NCBI GenBank assembly: GCA_044892505.1
Contig: CM097883.1
Span: forward strand, 295,926,001 to 295,974,640
DNA: 48,640 bases
Direction of reading: 5' to 3'
From: Schmidtea nova
Lineage: Eukaryota
Below, piece after piece: positions 1-13,069 of this stretch. The notes under the pieces were generated by a model that was given only the letters and a program-made list of their open reading frames with translations, searched no databases and had not been told where the DNA came from. The position numbers and the translations under genes are program-made. Position 1 is the stretch's first letter. The number at the start of each line of letters is the position of its first letter.

Positions 1-657
1 GACAAATAAAATAACCTAAGAGACCCTTATTAAAATCTTTTTTTTGTAAAACTAATATTTAAATTAAAAAAAAATATATATTGTTATAACACTCGTAACA
101 ATAGCCTCATTTAACTTTTCTCCCAGTCCTGTATCTATTTACAAACATTAACGTGACTTAAATTTCCTAAATCCAACTAAAAAAATTTTCATTCATAAAT
201 TTAAAATAAAATTATCTGAATTAAATTTGATCCACAAATAAAATAATTATGCCGAAATATTTCCCGAATTATACTACTTACCAATCTTGTTCTAATCAAT
301 AGCTGACATAATGATCTTGTAATTACTACTAATCGACAGACACAACATCAAGGACTCCAGTACGATTGTGTTCGTCAACATGTGTTTTTCTTAAATGTAT
401 GGTAAAAGTTGAATCTGTGACACATACACACTGTTCTATTGGCCAGACTGGGTAAAATATGCTAATCTAGTTACAGTTATATTACTGCCATTATTTCTAT
501 GTTCAGAATCAAGAATAGTAGATATAGTTCGATCTATTTTTAGTCGTCCAATCAGATTTATTTAAACAACTTCTAATTCAATGAATAGTCAATTCGGATT
601 TTATCATGTTAAATAGCCTTATTTTCAATCAAATTTCAAACTCTTTATCTCTTTTCA

Positions 658-2100
658 ATGATAAGAGTTATTTTTCTATTAGTAACTATTATTTTCAGAT
701 ATTCTTTTTCTGTTCTTCAAAATCAGCGGCAAATATTTCTTGATATCGATGAAAATGTTGAAATCGGAACGAGAATTATCGATTTGCAAACGAAACTTCT
801 TTCTAATGATGAGAAAAATATTAAATTTTCATTGACATCAAATCCATATTTCCATATTCGAGAAAACAGTGTTCTGTACACGAAATCGTCTTTGGATCGA
901 GACAAAGATCGTGAATTGTGTCACAATTCCGAATTCCCCACAAACTGCTATTGGTCGAGATTGTTGACATTGAACAATGGAGGATATTATATGTTGAAAA
1001 TCACAATCAACGACATCAATGACAATCCACCTCGATGGGATGTAGGATATATTCATTTGAAAATATCAGAAAATACTCAACCTGGTTATAAATTGGAGTT
1101 TCCACTTGCAACAGATGATGATTTCGGTATAAATGGTATTCAGTATTATACGATTTTCCCGATATCATCAGTATTCTATGTCTCAGACTCCGGCAATGGA
1201 GAACGATCACCTCGTCTCGTTTTAGCGAAAGGCTCAAAATTGGATCGAGAATTGAATTCCTGGCACAACATGACACTGGTTGCCTATGATGGAGGAACAA
1301 ACAAACTCTCTGGCACTGTACCGGTATCGATCGAAATACTTGATGAAAATGACAACGGACCGGTGTTTCAATCTTCATTCTATAATGTCCTTATTGATGA
1401 AGACATTCAACCGGGGACAACATTACCTTTGCGCATTCACGCTTATGACTTAGATTCGGGAAATTTTGGAAAATTAACCTACAAATTTTCATTGTCAACT
1501 CCTCAACACGTTTTGGAAATATTTTCCATTTCATTAAATAGCGCGAAAATTGTCACGCGAAAATCGCTGAATTTTAAGAGCCGAAGAAAATTCTACGATT
1601 TTGAAATCGTTGCCCAAGACGGAGGAATTCCACCGAAAACCGCCCAAACCAGTGTCAAAGTAGAAATCGTTGACAAAAACACACACGCACCGGAAATCAA
1701 AGTCACTCCGATGCCCGATCCAAGTTCGAGAAATATCATTGTTCCGGAAAACAGTGGTAGCAATCGAATTGTTGCAAGTTTTACGATCAACGATAAAGAT
1801 TCTGGGATTAACAGCAAGTTCAATTGCTCCCTCACAGGATTGAATTCTAAGGATTTTCATTTGAAACATTCAAAGAAATTGGGAAAATTGGAAATTTACG
1901 TTTTGGAAACGAAAAGGTCTTTTGATAGGGAACTGGAATCTCTGCTCACGGTTTGTATTTCATGCCAAGATCAGGGATTGCCACAATTGACCGGATCGCA
2001 GGATATTTTAATTGAGGTTGAAGATGTTAATGATCATTCTCCTGTATTTCAACATTCAGAATATCAATTTAGAGTTAGTTTTCGAATGGGAAAATTATGA
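658..2100 (+). CDS. Protocadherin-like cadherin, first coding exon (signal peptide + EC1-EC4); the true exon probably ends at 2073
   Basis: 480-aa ORF with a hydrophobic N-terminus and four cadherin repeats: xEN/xED starts, DxD (ATDDDFG, AYDLDSG, NDKDSG), LDRE/FDRE, AxDGG, and linkers DINDNPP, DENDNGP, DKNTHAP, DVNDHSP. The EC1 DRE..C..C and EC4 NCSL cysteines are typical of protocadherins. No transmembrane segment in this ORF. Confidence 0.93.
   Translation: MIRVIFLLVTIIFRYSFSVLQNQRQIFLDIDENVEIGTRIIDLQTKLLSNDEKNIKFSLTSNPYFHIRENSVLYTKSSLDRDKDRELCHNSEFPTNCYWSRLLTLNNGGYYMLKITINDINDNPPRWDVGYIHLKISENTQPGYKLEFPLATDDDFGINGIQYYTIFPISSVFYVSDSGNGERSPRLVLAKGSKLDRELNSWHNMTLVAYDGGTNKLSGTVPVSIEILDENDNGPVFQSSFYNVLIDEDIQPGTTLPLRIHAYDLDSGNFGKLTYKFSLSTPQHVLEIFSISLNSAKIVTRKSLNFKSRRKFYDFEIVAQDGGIPPKTAQTSVKVEIVDKNTHAPEIKVTPMPDPSSRNIIVPENSGSNRIVASFTINDKDSGINSKFNCSLTGLNSKDFHLKHSKKLGKLEIYVLETKRSFDRELESLLTVCISCQDQGLPQLTGSQDILIEVEDVNDHSPVFQHSEYQFRVSFRMGKL
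2074..2079 (+). promoter_or_regulatory. Putative phase-0 5' splice donor (AGA|GTTAGT)
   Basis: GTTAGT follows codon R472 at the start of EC5; the read-through tail VSFRMGKL* has no cadherin character. Confidence 0.6.
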
Positions 2101-2828
2101 GTTTATATATTTTCAAGTATTCTACCTAATTACTAGAATGCCAATTACGTACTATTATTAATTATAAAGTTAAAACAAAACTATTATAACCACTTCCCTA
2201 AGATGCAGTGAGAAATTAAAAATTTTTATATAGTACAGAAAATAATGTTGAATGAATAATCATGCAGGATTTTCATACAGTACATTTAAGATATGTGAAA
2301 TAAATATAATTTTAAATTAAAAGAATAACATTTTTTAAAGTAAATTTTAACACTTCAGCTGACATCACCAATCATTATGCAAATTTAATAAACATGATCA
2401 CAGTTAGTAATTACATAATAACATATGCTCAATTCAATAAAATTTTTAATGATTATAGTAAAATAAATATAACTCACTAAATGCATGCGGATCTTGCATT
2501 TTGTATATTTATTTTAAAGTTAAATGATTTTATCATCAAAATCATATTGTTTTTAAACCTTTAGATATATGTTAATTAATTTCACTAGAATTAATAAAAT
2601 TTCATTGAATTGTACGCATGCGATTTTATAATTACTAATGAACCAATAATTATGAACATTTTTANNNNNNNNNNNNNNNNNNNNNNNNNNNNNNNNNNNN
2701 NNNNNNNNNNNNNNNNNNNNNNNNNNNNNNNNNNNNNNNNNNNNNNNNNNNNNNNNNNNNNNNNNNNNNNNNNNNNNNNNNNNNNNNNNNNNNNNNNNNN
2801 NNNNNNNNNNNNNNNNNNNNNNNNTCTA

Positions 2829-3060
2829 GGCTATACAACTTGTATTAAATAAATTTTAAATGTTGTGGTAATGGTGTAAATTTATAGAAATATATAAAAT
2901 AGAATGGTTTATAATGAATAATAAATGGTTAATAATGATTAATTAATTTTATCATTCAGTTAAATTAAGTTATGAATGTTACTATACAATATTTACCTTT
3001 TCTATAAATTTACACCATTACCACAACATTTAAAATTTATTTAATACAAGTTGTATAGCC
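2829..3060. mobile_element. MITE, 232 bp, with perfect 62-bp terminal inverted repeats, TA-flanked
   Basis: 2829-2890 (ggctatacaacttgtatt...tttatagaaa) is the exact reverse complement of 2999-3060; TA at 2827-2828 and 3061-3062. Confidence 0.85.
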
Positions 3061-6000
3061 TAAATATTATTTAACATTTTTAAATTAATATAATCTGATT
3101 CGATTGAACAGTCGTACATATAAAGTTTAAACATAGAAAATACTAAACATGCGAAAAATGGATCAAAATACAGGGTTTTTCCTCAAAACAATGGGACGAA
3201 AGTCTATTTAATAAATTAAAAACTAATTGAAATAAACCAATTCGACATTTTATTTCGCTGGAAAATTTATTATGTTTATTTAATCTATAAAAAGTGAAAT
3301 GAAAGCTTGTGATAATATTTTGAAATTCAATTCGGATGATATCAAAGAAATTTCAGAATCTTTTAGAAATTGTTTTTTAAAAATAAAACCAGTGAAAATC
3401 TTAATAAATAAAATGATTTTTAGGAAATCAGAATTGGGGCTTTTAGATTAATAGCAACAATCCATTTTCATTTCCTGACTTGACAAATTTTTCAATTTAT
3501 TTTTATTTATTTGTCAAACTTTGGAAATTAATTAATAAAAAAGTCAAATATTTATTGGTAATGGGTTTAAATTTATGCTTTTAGTTTAAAATTTGAAAAA
3601 CAATTAGAATTTATACGGAGAAATTTAATTTGTTAAATTAATAAAAAATGAATAAAAAGCTTGTAATGAATAAAATAATTTTCAACATAGGGCAAATTTA
3701 TTATTGCAAACTATATTAATAATCTGTTGAATATATTTATAAGCTTTCTTGAATTTATGCTGTCTTTTTCAAAATTTATTTTACATGTGATAAATTTATG
3801 TTAGACATATAATTAGAAAATAAATAAAAGTATTTCTATTTACCGGCTAAGGATAAGCTTTTATTTTTAATGCATCATAAAAATAGTTCAGTTCTTTCAG
3901 AGATTGAATAGATTTCATGAAATATATAAAATATGCATGTATAATTATTATGTTAACAAGTGTATTTATACTGTTCATTGGTCTGTAGTGTCCAATAAAG
4001 TCACCAGTTCAATATAGGGACAATTGGGAGGAGTGTGTATGTAAACAAAATTATAAGTGAATATTATTTCAATTAAAAAGAGAATTTAATTATCAATTCT
4101 AACAAAATTGGTTCACCGACAATTTAAAAATAAAAAAGCTAAAAAGCGCTAAAATTAATTTGTCCAGCCCGAAAAGTTGCTTTTGTTGATTTTTTTGATA
4201 TGCTGATATTTTAACTCTAAAACATTCTTGAAATTTGTGTTTTTAATTTGAGTTTAAAAGAACAAAAAATAGCGATAATTTAATATGAAACATTTTACAA
4301 AATATAAAACAAATTTATATTTGTCGCATAAGACAAATGAAACGTTTTTGTTCAACAGTGTTTAAAAACATGTGCCCATAGATGGTGATATAAGTCAATG
4401 GTATTATGAAATTTGTAGGTTTTTTTTGAAAGTAGTTTTCTTCTTGAAAATAAAATTAACTTGATATAAATTTAACTAATTCATTTCTAGGAATAATACT
4501 TGAGAAAATAAATATCTGAAACCATTACTTTCACTTTTTAAATATAAGAATTATATTTAAATTAAAATAATTATGATATTTTAGAATATGAAAGGTTTTG
4601 TTATAAAATCTGTTAAATTCAATTAAAGAAAAAATTTTAAACATACTTTCATAGATTGGTTAACATTTGAGAATATTTTGAGAAATTGCACGTATTAAAA
4701 TTTTTAGACCTGCAGTAAAAAGAAAAATACTTTGATAATAAAATATTTTTATTCACAGAAAAACAAAATTAAGAATATCTACTACATAAATTTTTTTTAT
4801 TTAAAATTGCCATACACGTTTTTGGTACAACTTTTTAAAAGTGTATTGTAAAAAAAGAGCTGTGAAAAAAGACTGTGCTGAAAACTCGTGTCAATAAAAA
4901 AATTGATCTATAGTCTAAATAAAAATATAAATGAAAATTTCTAAAATATAAAGAGATCAAAGATGAAGAAAATAAAGGTGTTAATGATATTTACTACAGT
5001 TGCATTTTATTTAGTTTGAAAATTCAACTTATTCCTTCCTACTATTATGACTATAAATTTAATTGACTTGTACACAAATTACTTGTCTCTGACAATATAA
5101 GAGTAAAGTTGAAGAATCACATAAAACTAGTAATTTATATTTAATATATTGTAATTATTTTACTCTCTATGTTTTAAAACAAATTACCAATAAATAATCC
5201 AGATATAACCAGATTTTAATATCTTCGAAATTCACTGTTTTTCACTGCCATATTCAAATGTATGCCATTTCAGAATATAAGGAAAACAAATATTAAAAGT
5301 ATGTAACGTAATTCAAGCAAAAGAAACATCCAAATTATAATTATTTATTTTCTCAAAATTCACTAATATTTATAACGAGTTTAAATCACGAAACATAGAT
5401 GATCCTTTGGGATTTAAATACAATTCGTACAAAAGAAAAATTAAAAAATCTGCACAACGTGTTCATGATTATAAAATTTTTGAAATTTTCAATGTTATTT
5501 ATAAAATTCAATTGGAATAAATTTCAGGAAAGGAAAATAGGAAAAGAATTTTTTGATTGAAGAATTATTGCTCTTTTTAATTGGTAATTTAAGAAATTAA
5601 AAAATTAAAGAAATTTAATTGCAGTTTTAAAATAAGTTTATATATCTTTCATAAAGACAGATTAAACTGAGTATCGCGTTTCAAAAAAAACTTACTAGTA
5701 AAGTTTAAAGACTTCCATTTATTTTTTAATAATGAAATATCAAATTAAAATATCATTGAAAATGAAACTAAAATTTTGTAATATATTATTTATTTATTTA
5801 TTATATTATAAAATTCTTATTTCTTTAATGTTAAATCGATGTCGTTTCAAACAAATTAATTAAATCTAAAGAATTATTGTTTAACATTTCAAGTTGTTCT
5901 TATAATGTATTCTTTAACTTTAAATTTAATCCTTGAGAAAAAATCATTGAACTGCATAATGATTAGTTACTGAAAGTTTGCAGTAATTTTTAAAATAGAA

Positions 6001-7687
6001 TTCAAAATTATAAATTTTTACTCTTTCTTTTTAGCACCAGATTTTACACCAAAGGAGATAAAAATTATTGCCAAAAAAAAGATTTCAAATTAGTTAAAAT
6101 GCTTTAGAAATAAAATTTATTATCATAAAGCTNNNNNNNNNNNNNNNNNNNNNNNNNNNNNNNNNNNNNNNNNNNNNNNNNNNNNNNNNNNNNNNNNNNN
6201 NNNNNNNNNNNNNNNNNNNNNNNNNNNNNNNNNNNNNNNNNNNNNNNNNNNNNNNNNNNNNNNNNNNNNNNNNNNNNNNNNNNNNNNNNNNNNNNNNNNN
6301 NNNNNNNNNNNNNNNNNNNNNNNNNNNNNNNNNNNNNNNNNNNNNNNNNNNNNNNNNNNNNNNNNNNNNNNNNNNNNNNNNNNNNNNNNNNNNNNNNNNN
6401 NNNNNNNNNNNNNNNNNNNNNNNNNNNNNNNNNNNNNNNNNNNNNNNNNNNNNNNNNNNNNNNNNNNNNNNNNNNNNNNNNNNNNNNNNNNNNNNNNNNN
6501 NNNNNNNNNNNNNNNNNNNNNNNNNNNNNNNNNNNNNNNNNNNNNNNNNNNNNNNNNNNNNNNNNNNNNNNNNNNNNNNNNNNNNNNNNNNNNNNNNNNN
6601 NNNNNNNNNNNNNNNNNNNNNNNNNNNNNNNNNNNNNNNNNNNNNNNNNNNNNNNNNNNNNNNNNNNNNNNNNNNNNNNNNNNNNNNNNNNNNNNNNNNN
6701 NNNNNNNNNNNNNNNNNNNNNNNNNNNNNNNNNNNNNNNNNNNNNNNNNNNNNNNNNNNNNNNNNNNNNNNNNNNNNNNNNNNNNNNNNNNNNNNNNNNN
6801 NNNNNNNNNNNNNNNNNNNNNNNNNNNNNNNNNNNNNNNNNNNNNNNNNNNNNNNNNNNNNNNNNNNNNNNNNNNNNNNNNNNNNNNNNNNNNNNNNNNN
6901 NNNNNNNNNNAATATAAATTGATATCCAATTACAAAAAATAATAATAATTTAATCTATTTGAAATAAGTCATTGAGGAATAATATGATTGATTTCGTTAA
7001 TAAATAACAAGTTAACAGCATAATTCAATTTTATCAGCAAATAAATTTCTGTTTGGTCGTTATTTTAAATTTTCTATTTATTTAGTTTTATTTAAAAATT
7101 TTTAAAACATTTGTTTATTACAAAAATTTAATTATGACGCTTAAAAATAAAATAACATATTAAAACTTTCAAAACTAAAATGTATGATAGTTTGTTATTT
7201 TTCGCCTATTTCTTATTTATGATTCTATTTTTGTAGTTAAATTTGAAGAGCTTAAATAAATCTAGATTATTCAGATAACTTCAGCACCCAGAAAACTGTG
7301 CTGCTGAAATGAGTTCTAGTAGACAATGCAGAAATAGCAGCTTGAAATTGAAATCTACTTTATTTGATGTTAATTTGCTATGCATATGAAAATACTAATG
7401 GTAAACGAGGCTTATATATAAATATATACAAATTTACGTGTGATTTTTGATCTTTAAACTTCTAATCCGTTGGAACCTTGAACCTTGAATATTAATCCTT
7501 TAAAGCACCATTTAAAAACTATAGTAATATCCTTTCTAAATTTCAGTATCAAACATTTTTAAATTAAAATACTGAGACATGATTGAATTTAGATTTCAAT
7601 GAAATTATCACTAAAACTGTTAATTTTGTTTTTTTACCTTTATTTCCGTTTTATATATTTTAATTTTAAGGCAATAGATCTTTTTCC

Positions 7688-7772
7688 TTTACAACACCTA
7701 CTCTTGGCACTACTTTCTAAAGACAATTTATGACCATTTAAGAAAAGTAGTGCAAGAAATTCGTGTTGTAAA
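7688..7772. other. 85-nt near-perfect hairpin
   Basis: tttacaacac pairs with gtgttgtaaa; tcttggcactactttct pairs with agaaaagtagtgcaaga; loop of about 17-22 nt. Confidence 0.7.
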
Positions 7773-9459
7773 GTAAAAAAAAACTTTGCTTTATTGTTTA
7801 AAATTGAAATTATATTCTTAAGGATTATTTAAGATTATTTTTAATAATATTAAAGTGGTTTAGTGGAACACATCTTGAAGGGTAACACAAATTTTTGGGG
7901 TAATCTTATAAATGCTAAAAATGATTGATTTTCTCCCGACACCAATATATGTATTTTTAGAGTAAAGTTTTTTCAACATATTAATAAAATTTTAATTTAA
8001 TAGAATAAATATTTATTATATTCTTCACTTATAATCTTTTATTTGCAATTTCGTTAATTTCAGCTTTTCAAACTAGAGATGAAACGTTTTTAATTTAACA
8101 GAAACCTTTGGAATTGTCTTTGCTAAATGGAAATAATAATTGAAAAAGGCAGTGCCGGAAATTTGTTTTAATTTCATCCAGTGAAAATAAGCGAATGTTA
8201 TAATTTATATTTACTTAATTTTTAAATATTTAATCTGAAAACTCTAATAACTGTGGAAAAAGAATATTCACTAAAGAATCATACTATTAATAATTATTAT
8301 AGACATACACAATATGTAAATACAATATAAATAATTGAAGATTCTTATTTCTTTTATAAAATTATCGAGACTCAATTTGGATTAAAAATAAGAATTCGTA
8401 TTCAAGATATAATTTCTTAGCTCAGCATTCTTTTTATTTGAGAATTCTGATAGAAAACAACTATTAAGCTATTAATTTTCTAAAAACGTTCATTGTTATT
8501 TTTATATATTTTTTTGTATATTTTATATGGATAGTTGTTTGCCTTGCTAAAAAGTCAGCAAATTATAATACAAGTAAAATAACTATTCTGATATGTTTAT
8601 TCGCATTTAATATTTCACAAATCTTTTTTAAGGAAAAATTATTCTCAGTTTGCACTCAACAAAATGTATTTAAAGAAAAAAGTTTAAAATAGAAATCTAA
8701 AAGTTAAAAATTAAAATAAATTATTGAAAGGTTAAATTTGACTTCAAAATTAGTATTAAGTTATTATTTAATATAAATAATTTTAGCAATTATTAAAGAA
8801 ATAATTAATTTTCAAAACTGATTATGTTTATTTAAAATTTTAAAGCTTCATATTTAATTTAATGATTTCAATTTCATTTTTTTGTAATACATTCTTCTAT
8901 TAATTTTATTTTAAATTTTAGTATTAAAATAAAAGAAATTCTTCAGTAGAACTTATTAATTAATTAATTAATTAAATATATAAATAAATCAACAAATTGA
9001 TGGGTACATAAATGAGTAAAGAAATAAAGAAACAAATTAATAAATAAACAAACAAATAAATAAATACAGTTAAAGAAAAATGTATCCGACCACTTAGTTT
9101 TTTAAAATTATTTTGAAGTAATGCTGTTTAATTATTTTAATTATTATATAATTACATAATATTTCTGCATAAGATAACTTTATAAACAAAATTATAATTT
9201 TTATCAAGAAAAAAGTATCCGACTACTTTTATGAAATATTAACTAATTTTATTTTTACATTGAAAAATAAAATAATTCAATTTAATATCTAGTCAAACAA
9301 GTTTTAGAACGTATAATATCATCAGTTCATTTTGGCATTGATTCAAATATTATATTTAGTTAATATTTAATATAAATAAAGTTGGATATTTAAATTAACT
9401 GGTGTTTTAATAATTGAGTATTTTGGGCACTTTTTATAAAATTTTAATTAAATAAATCT

Positions 9460-10670
9460 ATGAAAGAATTGCAGTCTCTTAAAGCCGAGTTTGATTTAAC
9501 TGGTGATCACGCCGAAAATCAGAATGTCAATGCAGTTTCGAAGTCAACAAAGACGTTAATGGAATGCTTACCAAAATCATGCCAAAATATGCTCACGCTG
9601 AATATCAGACGATACGATGTACGAGGATCGAAAGAAGCAGAAGAATGGATCAGAGACATAGAAGAATGGCTGTTGACAAATGGACAGCGATTGACAAGCA
9701 CTTTCGATTTGTTATTAGTGGCAGAAGCTAAGCCATTGTGGGGAAACGTCAGAGAAACAGAAATAACAGATGTGAAAGCCAAAACTTGGTTCTTAAATAC
9801 GTTCACAATTACGAAATCAATAACTGACAAAATCAGAGAATTGGCAGTTCTGGAACAGGAAGATGATGAACGGTTTGCAGATTCGATTAAAGAAAGCTTT
9901 AGCTAAAGTTATAAATTCAGGACGATCAGAAGAAGATATTGTTCAAGATCTCATCGCAAATAAATCACGTGATGCGAGATTGAGGGAGATATTATTGACG
10001 AAACCAGAAACAAAAATTGAAGAAACGAGATCATTGACGAAGATTTTTGAGAGTAACCAAAATGGAAGCAATAAAACTGAATTTATTAAAGCAATTGGTA
10101 AAAGAACATATGCTAGCGTGATTGAGGGAAGGCAAATGAGAATTCAACAGAATACTTAAGATACCAGACTTACACCATCACAAAGAAAACTACCAGAAGA
10201 CCCATTTAGTCATCACAGACCAAGAAGAGACGAACATCCGATACAATACGAAGAAAATAACCGCGGTCGACGAGAAAAATTCCCAAAGAACAATTTTTGA
10301 GAAATGTGAGAATCCAAGATGGCTCGAAAAGGAAACTGCCAACAATTTCCATGAAGAATATAGCAAGAAAAATCTATAACGAAAGTAGAGGACTACCACA
10401 AGCACCGGCTCCAAAATTAACAGTAGGTGATTGATTTTGTTGTGGCGAAAGGGGACACAAAAGATATAAGTGCCCATTGGGAATTAAATGCTTGATATGT
10501 GGTAAGGAGGGACACGGGTTCCGAGATTGTTTTTCGTTACGGAAAAAGGTGCCCCTTCGATATCAAAGAATTGCGTGCATAGAAGAAGATGATTCCAAAT
10601 CTGAAAGAAGAGATTACACCGAAAGCAGCCAGGATTTCAGAATGGCTCACAGCGATATGGAAGATAGATA
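9460..10670 (+). pseudogene. Decayed Ty3/Gypsy-type gag with two CCHC zinc knuckles
   Basis: ORFs 9460-9906 and 9863-10159 look like a frameshifted capsid-type Gag (YD...AEEWIRDIEEW, LL..EAK.LW, Q..DE.F). Knuckles are (*)FCCGERGHKRYKC at 10432-10473, first Cys mutated to TGA, and CLICGKEGHGFRDC. Confidence 0.75.
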
Positions 10671-10679
10671 CAATGTTCC

Positions 10680-10847
10680 AGAAAAATATACTACATTAAC
10701 AGTTCGCTGGGAAAAATGTATCGACGCTAACGGAAATTACATTGAGAAATAATAAGCTATTTATATTGTATTTTTAATAAAAAATAAATTTTTGGACATT
10801 GCACTTGTTTTTCTTTGTTAGGCTCATGACTTATTGGGCACACCACG
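10680..10847 (+). mobile_element. Mariner 3' end (transposase C-terminus + right TIR)
   Basis: LTVRWEKCIDANGNYIEK* matches the mariner C-terminal L..RW.KC....G.Y motif; it ends in ...ttattgggcacaccacg followed by TA (10848-10849). Confidence 0.75.
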
Positions 10848-11179
10848 TAACTGTATTAATGAAATATTAATTTCATGAAATCTTAAAAAAATTCATTATA
10901 ATTTTTAATTATTTGGCACCTTTGTACTAATACACAGTTAGAACATTGGTTGGGACAACTCTGCTTGATAGTGATGGAATATTAACAATAGCACGATTAC
11001 ATTATTACAATGACATGTATTTGCCATGCACAAAAATTTAGTTTAAATGCTGAGTCTACTATTTGTTCTTTAATGTGTTTATATTTTATTTTAGTTTTGA
11101 AGTAATTTTTATCAAAAAATCATCTTGTGAAATACTTACAGTAAACATAAGTTTGATTCGTTGACATTTAAATTTGCTT

Positions 11180-11331
11180 TGTGAAACAATCACGAATCTG
11201 GTTCGTATAAAGCAAACATACTTTTCATTGTAGTATTTAATAAAAGAAATTCTTTATTTTGATGTTTTAAATTTTCTTTTAAATAATCATTTCAGACACA
11301 ATTTATTTAAATTAGTAAAACTACTAAGGGG
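11180..11331. mobile_element. Inverted, partly decayed copy of the TTAA-flanked MITE at 12911-13069
   Basis: 11191-11331 aligns closely with the reverse complement of 12911-13053; inner end is GGGG-TTAA (11328-11335); the outer end is degenerate. Confidence 0.65.
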
Positions 11332-11465
11332 TTAAATAGAGTTTTAAAGTAAAAAAAAACTTAATTAAACATTCTCCCTCTATAACGAAATGATTGTTCT
11401 ATTAAAAAATAATGTTTTATACCTGCTCTCTAATTACCTGCTCTAATTTTTAAAATAAAATAGGA

Positions 11466-12596
11466 ATGACAACAATATCTGTAAAATCCAAAGTATAAAA
11501 TATTTTTGCAAAAGGTCCTAGTGGAAAACCCATTGCAAAATGCAATTTTTGCTTTAAAGAATTTGAGCCAACTGGAAATATTACTAATCTTATAGACCAT
11601 ATGCGAAGAATGCACATGTCTGAATGAGATAGAGAAATTCAAAATGAGTCTTCATCGTTTGGTAAAAAACACTTGCAATCGTATTTTTCATCCTAATAAA
11701 ATTGTGCGATGTGAATAACTCTAGATCAGTGTTTCGCAACGTGAGGCCCACGCCCAACAGGAGGACAATTTTGTTTTTAAGGGAGGCAATAATTAAAAAT
11801 ATATAAAATAAGTAAAAATTAAATTTTATGCAAAAATAAAATTTAAGGACTGGCGAAATATGAGTAAAATGTCTGCTGGGTAAAAATGAAACATCAACAA
11901 ATTTCAACCTAAATTTAAAAACTACACACATAATACATACCTACCTAATATTTTCTATTCATTCTTATGAATTGAAAAAAAATCTAACTAAAAATTGACG
12001 AAAAAAACTATCAATCGCTTTTTTAGTGAATGTTTTTTGTGATGAAAAAAAATATAACTTTTTTATATAATGGATATGTATAAACATTTGACAGAAGGCA
12101 CAAATGAATCTGTGCAAAGAAATTTTAGAAAGGTTTTTGCGGGAAACACTGCTCTAGACACAAAATAATTTTTGCAAAAATTAATGTCTTCCATTACAAA
12201 AAAACATTCAACCTTTCAATGATGTAGAAGATGCTGGATTTAAGGAATTCGTGAATGCAGTAAATAGCAAGTTTGTGCTTCCATCTCATAGGCATATATT
12301 TTATAGTCTTTTACCCTAGTGCTTATGAAAATCCATAAAGAAAGTCAAAGAATATGCTAGGAAATATCGAATTACGTGTGCTAACTAACGATACTTGAAC
12401 AGCATCTAGCACAGAAGGATATGTTACTGTAACATGCCATTTTGAAGAATATAACTCAAATAAACTAATAGCTGCAGTCATTTCAACAGAAAAGATTGAA
12501 GGTAGCAGCACGGCTAAACATTTGCAATTGAGATTATTACAAAATGTGAAATCTCGGATAAAGTTTCAACTATTCTCACTGACAATGCTGCATAAA
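11466..12596 (+). pseudogene. hAT (Ac/hobo-type) transposase relic, interrupted by a MITE
   Basis: BED finger SKV*NIF...AKCNFC...GNITNLIDHMRRMH (11466-11627); QPFNDVEDAGF...LPSHRHI; LTNDT*TASSTEGYVTVTCHF (first catalytic Asp); TILTDNAA (second Asp). Multiple stops and frameshifts. Confidence 0.85.
11727..12151. mobile_element. hAT-Charlie-type MITE, 425 bp
   Basis: Termini CAGTGTTTC.../...GAAACACTG; 8-bp flanks ctctagat (11719-11726) and ctctagac (12152-12159) match the NTCTAGAN target preference of Charlie elements. Confidence 0.85.
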
Positions 12597-12686
12597 ACTG
12601 ATAATTAATTATAGATTATCGAAAAATATTGATTTGTGGCAACAATTATAAGTTTCCCATCACTACTACTTGGAGCTTGACAATTT

Positions 12687-12896
12687 TTATATCAACGCAG
12701 TTTTTGTGTGGATTTGTTTAGTTATCTTTCTAGGTGAACCTGTTCGCGATAAACCTTGAAGTGTCATGTGAACTTTGAAATTTGTTAATGTATAATGCAC
12801 AGTTGTTTTTGGAATTTTAAGTTGATTAGAGATTTCTCTTTCAGATTTTCTCACATCTGAATAAACTTCAATAGCTTTTCTAGTAATTTCATTTTG
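12687..12896 (-). pseudogene. Tc1-like transposase N-terminal (paired-like HTH) fragment
   Basis: RKAIEVYSDVRKSEREISNQLKIPKTTVHYTLTNFK...LSRTGSPRKIT resembles the Tc1 HTH plus GRPR motif. Confidence 0.7.
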
Positions 12897-12910
12897 ATCT
12901 TCTGTTTTAA

Positions 12911-13069
12911 CCCATTGTAGTTTTACTTATTTAAATAAATTATGTGTCTGAAATGATTATTTAAAAGAAATTTTAAAACAGCAAATTAAAGAATTTTATT
13001 TATAAAATACTACAATAAAAAGTATGTTTTGCTTTATACGAGCCAGATTCGTGTTTACTGCCATAAGGG
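12911..13069. mobile_element. piggyBac-type MITE, 159 bp
   Basis: TTAA-CCC (12907-12913) ... GGG-TTAA (13067-13073). Confidence 0.65.

Noticed and set aside
723-1869. Minus-strand ORFs over the protocadherin exon (similar ones overlap the PLE and gag ORFs)
   Set aside because: Antisense shadows of real coding sequence with no recognisable motifs.
3169-3200. Tc1/mariner-like terminus TACAGGGT (and TACAGTGGAACC at 32865)
   Set aside because: No matching inverted partner found.
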